A DNA stretch of 11,785 nt from an uncultured archaeon (lineage in GTDB: Archaea > Iainarchaeota > Iainarchaeia > Iainarchaeales > 0-14-0-20-30-16), in NCBI GenBank assembly GCA_964565725.1, contig CAZMGA010000014.1:1-11785 (forward strand), given 5' to 3'. A program made the translations under genes and the position numbers. This document shows, one piece after another, positions 1 to 9,222 of this stretch; the first letter of the stretch is position 1, and each line of letters starts with the position of its first letter. The notes beneath the pieces are model-generated. The model was not told where the DNA came from. It made no database searches and saw only the letters and a program-made list of their open reading frames with translations.

Positions 1-125
1 TGCTGATGAATCAGAAATTCTAAAGTGATCCCAATTCCTCTTAACTTTATACTTGGCTTTGGTTGGTGAATTAGTATTTATTTCTTCTTTAATCTATCTT
101 TGTTAATTACTCTATAATGCATAAA

Positions 126-134
126 TGTGGATAA
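126..134 (-). promoter_or_regulatory. Exact 9/9 match to the bacterial DnaA-box consensus TTATCCACA (plus strand reads TGTGGATAA), copy 1
   Basis: Exact sequence match in non-coding DNA. Function is unproven and only relevant if the organism is bacterial. Confidence 0.4.
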
Positions 135-158
135 TATGCACTACTATGGGTGCATAAA

Positions 159-167
159 TGTGGATAA
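159..167 (-). promoter_or_regulatory. Exact 9/9 match to the DnaA-box consensus TTATCCACA, copy 2, same orientation, 33 bp from copy 1
   Basis: Exact sequence match. It is part of the second 30-bp repeat unit. Confidence 0.4.
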
Positions 168-179
168 TATGCACTACTA

Positions 180-188
180 TTTATAAAA
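180..188 (+). promoter_or_regulatory. TATA-box-like element TTTATAAAA directly abutting the second repeat unit, upstream of the ATPase gene
   Basis: Sequence motif only. It lies 38 nt upstream of the ATG at 226. A GTGAT Shine-Dalgarno-like element sits at 218-222. In DNA this AT-rich such motifs arise by chance. Confidence 0.3.
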
Positions 189-225
189 CTATTGTTATTT
201 AGTATATTATTGGATAAGTGATATT

Positions 226-1452
226 ATGTCAGAGCAAGATATTAAGGATCAAAATCTACATTGGTTTAATGAAAATGCATATTCTTTCAAGATAAAAAGA
301 AAAATGTACTCTATTTTAGAAACTGAATTAAAATATAAACATATTACTGGCATTACCGGTCCAAGAAGAGTTGGAAAAACAATATTAATGAAACAATTAA
401 TTGCTTATTTAATAAAGTCAAAAATACCAAAAGAAAATATACTATATTTTAGTTTTGATGAAATTAGTTCTGAAAACTCAATTAAATTATTAATGCGAGA
501 TTGGGAGAGAATTTTAAATACAAATTTCCAAAAAGATAAATATTTTGTTTTTATTGATGAAATACAAAATGTAAATCGATGGGCTGAACAATTAAAAACA
601 TATTATGACCTATATGAAAACAATATAAAATTCTTTATTTCTGGTTCTGCAAGTTTAAATATTAGGAAAGGACAAGAAAGTTTGGCTGGCAGATTAATTG
701 AATTTTTTGTTGGGCCTTTAGATTATGAAGAATATTTATTATTTGCAGATAAACCAAAATTAAATCTACAAGAATATTATAATGATTATATTTACAAACA
801 ATTGCCCGCTTTAGCTACAAATTCAGAAGATAAAAGAAGATATACAGATAGTATTGTTAAAAAAATAATTTATGAAGATAGTGTCAAATATTATAATATA
901 GATAATCCTAGTTTGTTAGATGCTTTATTTAAAATAATTGTTAGAAAACCAGGACAAATAATAAATTATGATGATTTGGCGAATGATTTAGGTGCTAGTA
1001 GAAATACATTGCCAAAATACTTTGAAGTTTTAGAAAAAAGTTATTTAATAAGAAAATTATACAATTATTCAAATAATGCAAGAAAAATAGAAAAGAAATC
1101 AAAAAAGTTTTATCCATATTTTACAACCTTGTTTAATTATATTTTACCACAAGAAATTGATATAGGTGAATTAACAGAAACAATAGTTGCACAAAAAATA
1201 GGTGCTGAATTTTTTCATAATGTTAAAAATAAAGAAATAGATTTTATTATTTTGAGAGATAATAATGTTAAGATAGGGGTAGAAGTAAAAGCAAGAAATG
1301 TAATTATGAAAAAAGACATAAAATATTTATTAGATAATAAATTAAAATTAACAAATAAAGTATTAGTAACTTTGCAAGATAGTAAACTAGATTTTGGAGA
1401 TGAAGCAATAATTAAAATGTCTATTTTAGAATTATTAACAAAAGGATTATAA
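226..1452 (+). CDS. AAA+ superfamily ATPase (AAA_14 N-terminal domain plus DUF4143-type C-terminal region, COG1373-like) with a C-terminal PD-(D/E)xK nuclease-like motif
   Basis: 408-aa ORF. Walker A is GPRRVGKT (358-381) and Walker B is FVFIDEIQ (544-567). ISGSAS...SLAGR follows, typical of this family. The C-terminus has E-I-D-F-I ... I-G-V-E-V-K (1234-1290), matching the D...(D/E)xK pattern. Stop is TAA followed by T6. Confidence 0.85.
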   Translation: MSEQDIKDQNLHWFNENAYSFKIKRKMYSILETELKYKHITGITGPRRVGKTILMKQLIAYLIKSKIPKENILYFSFDEISSENSIKLLMRDWERILNTNFQKDKYFVFIDEIQNVNRWAEQLKTYYDLYENNIKFFISGSASLNIRKGQESLAGRLIEFFVGPLDYEEYLLFADKPKLNLQEYYNDYIYKQLPALATNSEDKRRYTDSIVKKIIYEDSVKYYNIDNPSLLDALFKIIVRKPGQIINYDDLANDLGASRNTLPKYFEVLEKSYLIRKLYNYSNNARKIEKKSKKFYPYFTTLFNYILPQEIDIGELTETIVAQKIGAEFFHNVKNKEIDFIILRDNNVKIGVEVKARNVIMKKDIKYLLDNKLKLTNKVLVTLQDSKLDFGDEAIIKMSILELLTKGL

Positions 1453-1517
1453 ATTTTTTAAATTATATCCTACAAATCCCTCTATTATTTCTTTTTTCTT
1501 TCTTGAGAGTATCTTTA

Positions 1518-1529
1518 GATTAATCAAAT
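1518..1529. repeat. 12-bp direct repeat GATTAATCAAAT, copy 1 (contains the 8-bp palindrome GATTAATC)
   Basis: Exact repeat of the copy at 1648-1659. Both copies are in the same intergenic region, 130 bp apart. Confidence 0.8.
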
Positions 1530-1647
1530 TTCTCTTCTTTTCAAGGTTTTGTGGATTTATAAATGTATGCCACGCAAAATGCAAGTATTAGGTTTAAAAT
1601 GTCAGGTTTATGAAGAAAATCATGGGCGCAATAGATATGGTGTTTTT

Positions 1648-1659
1648 GATTAATCAAAT
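1648..1659. repeat. 12-bp direct repeat GATTAATCAAAT, copy 2
   Basis: Exact repeat of the copy at 1518-1529. Confidence 0.8.
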
Positions 1660-1718
1660 ATTATTTCTTAATTAGTTTCTTTATTATTGTCTTTTAAACA
1701 TATTTGTTTTATTTTATT

Positions 1719-2441
1719 ATGAATAATTTAATATGTTTGCCAACAGGAAAGAATTTGCAGAATATTCTTGATGTGAAGAAAGATTTTTATTTTGAAAAAT
1801 ATTATTCACATTTTGATATTGATGGTTTGGAATTAACAATGGCCTTTAAAGAGCGAATTTATGATTTTAAATTAAATAAAGAAAATAAAAAATATTTGCA
1901 AGATTTAGAGTATTTATCAATTCATGGGCCGTTTACAATTATAAATGAAACAAAACAAGAAAAAATTAAAATTCTAGATACCTTATATAATTTATATGAT
2001 AAAACTAATTCTAAATACATTTTATTTCATGTGCATGAATGCCCATATGATTTAATAGATAATTATTCTTGGAATGTTATTTTAGAAAATATGCCTAAAA
2101 AAGAAAAACTAGACAATAAGAAAATGACAAATATAATGATAAAAAGTAAATATGGATTTTGTTTAGATACTAGCCATGCATACACTCATAATAAAGACGA
2201 AATAAATAATTTATATACTTTAATGGAAAATAAACTAAAACAAATCCATTTGAGTGCTACTTTTAGAAAAAAAGAACATAGAAATTTATCTACTGCAACA
2301 AAATCTTTTAATGAATCCTTAAAACCAATATTAAAAACAAATGTGCCTTTGCAATTAGAAATAAATGAAATGTGGAAATCCAAAGATGTTTTTAAAGTTG
2401 TAAATAAAGAAATTAAATCTGCGAGAGAATTGTTTAATTAA
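1719..2441 (+). CDS. Xylose isomerase-like / AP endonuclease family 2-like TIM-barrel protein (sugar phosphate isomerase/epimerase superfamily), specific function unknown
   Basis: ORF track gives 1704-2441 with a TTG start. I prefer the in-frame ATG at 1719. The family-type motif series is SIHGPF, LFHVH, VILENM, CLDTSHA, IHLSA, LQLEIN (metal-ligand-like H/E/D/H/E positions). This is motif-level recognition only. Confidence 0.6.
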   Translation: MNNLICLPTGKNLQNILDVKKDFYFEKYYSHFDIDGLELTMAFKERIYDFKLNKENKKYLQDLEYLSIHGPFTIINETKQEKIKILDTLYNLYDKTNSKYILFHVHECPYDLIDNYSWNVILENMPKKEKLDNKKMTNIMIKSKYGFCLDTSHAYTHNKDEINNLYTLMENKLKQIHLSATFRKKEHRNLSTATKSFNESLKPILKTNVPLQLEINEMWKSKDVFKVVNKEIKSARELFN

Positions 2442-3168
2442 TCTTTCCAATATATACATTACATCTGTAATTGTATTTGATTATTCCATTTTTAGCATAT
2501 TTATTAAATGCAATAGTTATTTTCTTTTCAAGATCTTTATAATCTTTGGTATTTGATAAAGGACAATAAGATAAAGATTTAATTCTACCTAAAACGCAAT
2601 TTAAATCAAATTCTTGATGATGATTAAAAGAAATCTTTTCATAATTATTTGAAAAGAATTTATTTACTATATTATTATTTCTATTTTTTTCTTTTATTAC
2701 GTATTTATTTAAAATCTGTTTTTGTTCTTTTAAATATTTAGTATTATTAATTTTACTATTCCAAATTAAAATTATTTTACTATTAGATTTTAAAATTCTT
2801 CTAAATTCAATTTTAGTTTTATTTAAATCAAACCAATGAAACGCTTGCGCAGAAATAATAATATCTAAAGAATTATTTTTTAAGTTAGTATTTTCAGCAG
2901 AACCATTAATAGATATAAATTTCTTGTTTTTATTTAATAATTTTTCAGCTTGTCTTCTCATATATCTATTTGGTTCTACAGCATAAACTTTTTTTATATA
3001 ATCTAAAATTAATTCAGTAAATTTTCCTGTTCCTGAACCAATATCTGCAATTATTTTATTTTTTATTTTCATATTTTTTATTAAATAATTTATGCACTCT
3101 TGAGGATAAGTAGGTCTATATTTAGCATAATCTTTTGCTTTATGAAAAAAACGTTTAGTGTTATCCAT
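2434..3168 (-). CDS. Class I SAM-dependent methyltransferase (Methyltransf_11-like)
   Basis: 244-aa ORF. Motif I is IADIGSGTGKF (3025-3051). The N-terminal segment Y-x-x-Y-R-P-x-Y-P is common in this family, as is the post-motif acidic VEPN. Its stop overlaps the convergent gene by 8 nt. Confidence 0.85.
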   Translation of the reverse strand: MDNTKRFFHKAKDYAKYRPTYPQECINYLIKNMKIKNKIIADIGSGTGKFTELILDYIKKVYAVEPNRYMRRQAEKLLNKNKKFISINGSAENTNLKNNSLDIIISAQAFHWFDLNKTKIEFRRILKSNSKIILIWNSKINNTKYLKEQKQILNKYVIKEKNRNNNIVNKFFSNNYEKISFNHHQEFDLNCVLGRIKSLSYCPLSNTKDYKDLEKKITIAFNKYAKNGIIKYNYRCNVYIGKIN

Positions 3169-3187
3169 AATATTATAATAAATTAAT

Positions 3188-3195
3188 TTTATAAA
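3188..3195. promoter_or_regulatory. Palindromic TATA-box-like octamer TTTATAAA lying almost midway between two divergent start codons (3168 minus, 3217 plus)
   Basis: 19 nt separate it from the minus-strand ATG and 21 nt from the plus-strand ATG. There is no convincing SD before the minus-strand gene. Geometry fits an archaeal-type promoter with leaderless mRNAs. This is motif evidence only. Confidence 0.35.
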
Positions 3196-3216
3196 TAGTT
3201 TTAGGTTTAATTATAT

Positions 3217-3834
3217 ATGGGTAATTTTAAGGAATTTGCAAAAGAATTAGATCTTTTTAAAATAAATGATAATTTAATAATCATAGGTATATCAGAACAT
3301 AGATTTTTTGATGGTTTTACAGTTAGAACAAATTCATCTGAAAAAGTGTATTATTTATATAGTAGAAAAGAACCAATTGCAATATTTCAATTAAAAAGTC
3401 AAGGGCTTGGAAAAGGAGTTGAAATTGGGTTTATTCAAGGTATGAAAGGAGTAAGACCCCCAGATTGTTGGATTGAAACTATGTTAACACCAATAGTATA
3501 TTTAGGATTAAAATATTTTCCAGAATTAAAAAATAACGCTATATCTTTGGATATGACTACTTTTAATAAATACGCAAGTAAAAATTCTAAAGAAGATCTA
3601 AAAAATAATCCTTTATTAAAATCTGAAATGGGTATTTATGGTAAAGCAAGAGATTTGTTTTTCGATAAATCAGGGAAATTAAATTTTAATAAAGAAAGAG
3701 TTAAAGGTTTAGTAACAAGATTACAAAATGAAGCTAAATTAAAACTACATTTTCAAAAACAATTAAGGCGAAAACCAATTGCAAAATTAAGAGATTTATT
3801 TAAAGGGGTTAAAAGAAAAATATTTTATAAATAA
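3217..3834 (+). CDS. Hypothetical protein, 205 aa, with a strongly basic C-terminal tail; no family recognised
   Basis: Clean ATG-started ORF filling the gap between neighbours. It has ordinary, non-low-complexity composition. The C-terminus is KQLRRKPIAKLRDLFKGVKRKIFYK. Confidence 0.7.
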   Translation: MGNFKEFAKELDLFKINDNLIIIGISEHRFFDGFTVRTNSSEKVYYLYSRKEPIAIFQLKSQGLGKGVEIGFIQGMKGVRPPDCWIETMLTPIVYLGLKYFPELKNNAISLDMTTFNKYASKNSKEDLKNNPLLKSEMGIYGKARDLFFDKSGKLNFNKERVKGLVTRLQNEAKLKLHFQKQLRRKPIAKLRDLFKGVKRKIFYK

Positions 3835-3835
3835 T

Positions 3836-4618
3836 TTATTTATATTCTTTAGAAATCTCTAAAGCCATTTGCCTTAATTCTCTTCTAAGTTCTGCTTGAT
3901 CTTGTAAAGCATTTTTATTGTATTCAGAATTCATTCTTGTAAATTTAAACGCAAACATTCTTTTTAAATATTCTTTAATTGTTAATTTATCTTTAGGATT
4001 TGTTGGTTTTTCTAAAACAATTTTACCATTTCTTTTTCTTAATATAAATATATTTCCTCTATCATCTTTAACTACATTGCCATAACCAGAATAAAGAACA
4101 TTATTAACATAAATTTCATTTTTTTTAGGACTATTAAAAGATGATTCGTGTACATTGTAAGTTATAGCTTCTTTACCAAATTGTTGTTTTAATTTAAATT
4201 TAATTCTATTCATACTATGTCCTGTAAAACTATAATCTATTATTATAAATTTAGCATTTTTTATTTGTTTAAGATGATCTGGTATTTTTATAATATGATT
4301 TTTTCTTGAAGAATATACGTGTGCAACTGCTTGTTGTCTGTATTTTTTGTAAATTGGCAAATATATTTCTGGAAAAGCATTTACTAATAAAGTGTTAAAA
4401 AAATAAGCTGAATTTCTCATACTTGTATCTGGTAAAATAATTATTGGTATTTCTCCATTTTTAATTATATTTTTTGCATCTTCTAATAGTTTTTTACCAG
4501 GTTCTATAATATGTTTTTTATCTATATTTCTTATAGTAAATGGTTTTCGTTCTATTGGTTTAACTAATTCTCTTTTAAGTGTTGGTCTTTTTATTCTTTC
4601 TAAAATTCTTTTTGGCAT
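3836..4618 (-). CDS. Hypothetical protein (about 260 aa) with a basic N-terminus, a degenerate type I phosphoribosyltransferase-like motif and a C-terminal helical region
   Basis: ORF track gives 3836-4633 with a GTG start. I prefer the ATG at 4618 (MPKRILERIK...). An ATATAAAT element sits about 25 nt upstream and there is no SD. KFIIIDYSFTGHSM resembles the PRPP-binding loop (hhhhDDxxxTGxT) but is one residue shorter and has lost one acidic residue. IPIIILPDTSMRNSAYF resembles the preceding strand-loop-helix. The functional call is weak. Confidence 0.7.
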   Translation of the reverse strand: MPKRILERIKRPTLKRELVKPIERKPFTIRNIDKKHIIEPGKKLLEDAKNIIKNGEIPIIILPDTSMRNSAYFFNTLLVNAFPEIYLPIYKKYRQQAVAHVYSSRKNHIIKIPDHLKQIKNAKFIIIDYSFTGHSMNRIKFKLKQQFGKEAITYNVHESSFNSPKKNEIYVNNVLYSGYGNVVKDDRGNIFILRKRNGKIVLEKPTNPKDKLTIKEYLKRMFAFKFTRMNSEYNKNALQDQAELRRELRQMALEISKEYK

Positions 4619-4658
4619 AATATAAATAAACACAATTAAATTTATATTGTATTATTAA

Positions 4659-9040
<4,382 letters not shown>

Positions 9041-9090
9041 ATTGTCACCCTCAAAATTAAAATAAGTTATTATAGCTATAAAGCTCTGCT

Positions 9091-9168
9091 TATATATTAT
9101 TATAATATAATTATATATATAAATATATGGATTTTAAAATTAAATTTATATAAATAAATATATAAATA
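9091..9168. other. 78-bp tract made almost entirely of A/T (only G/C are GG at 9129-9130) inside the divergent gyrA / ATPase intergenic region
   Basis: Counted base by base. It contains reiterated TATATAAATA-type motifs. It probably holds the divergent promoters. A role as a DNA unwinding element is speculative. Confidence 0.6.
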
Positions 9169-9222
9169 CATTCTTTTTTTATACTATAAATACAGTTTTT
9201 TTTATATTTTGGTAGTGATGTT

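Larger units (their letters stand above)
118..180. repeat. Tandem direct repeat: two identical 30-bp units (118-147 and 151-180) separated by GGG, period 33 bp
   Basis: Read directly: TGCATAAATGTGGATAATATGCACTACTAT occurs twice with no mismatch. Identity stops at both flanks (117 a vs 150 g; 148 g vs 181 t). Each unit holds the dyad TGCATA-N11-TATGCA. The junction forms a second dyad, TATGCAC (135-141) / GTGCATA (150-156). Confidence 0.95.

Noticed and set aside
1-117. Partial genes at the left edge
   Set aside because: The plus frame ends at TGA 26-28 after only 8 codons (ADESEILK). A minus-strand frame is open from 93 to the edge (IKEEINTNSPTKAKYKVKRNWDHFRISDSSA) but has no ATG/GTG/TTG start in the window. 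Neither can be supported from this sequence alone.
118-180. Possible CRISPR array (30-bp repeats)
   Set aside because: There are only two units separated by 3 bp (GGG). There are no spacers of 25-50 bp and no cas genes, so this is a plain tandem duplication.
1530-1647. MITE/IS remnant with the 12-bp repeats as target-site duplication; also tRNA or C/D-box sRNA
   Set aside because: The ends of the bracketed 118 bp show no terminal inverted repeats. There is no T-loop (GTTCRANYC) or cloverleaf. The best C-box-like strings (ATGAAGA plus strand, ATGATTT minus strand) are imperfect. A CTGA D box is present only on the minus strand, without a full C/D'/C'/D layout.
2186-2383. 65-aa minus-strand ORF from the track
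   Set aside because: It lies entirely antisense within the TIM-barrel gene. Its F/L/I/K/S-rich low-complexity composition is typical of the reverse frame of AT-rich coding DNA, and it has no motif.
3161-3169. Additional near-consensus DnaA boxes: TTATCCATA (3161-3169) and TTATCCGCA (11140-11148), both 8/9
   Set aside because: Both are explained by coding sequence (Met-Asp-Asn of the methyltransferase; Leu-Ser-Ala of the ATPase) and are isolated. They are not counted as origin or regulatory evidence.
3400-3417. GNAT acetyl-CoA motif (Q-x-x-G-x-G) in the 205-aa orphan (QGLGKG)
   Set aside because: The surrounding sequence does not fit the GNAT strand-loop-helix context. A six-residue pattern alone is not evidence.
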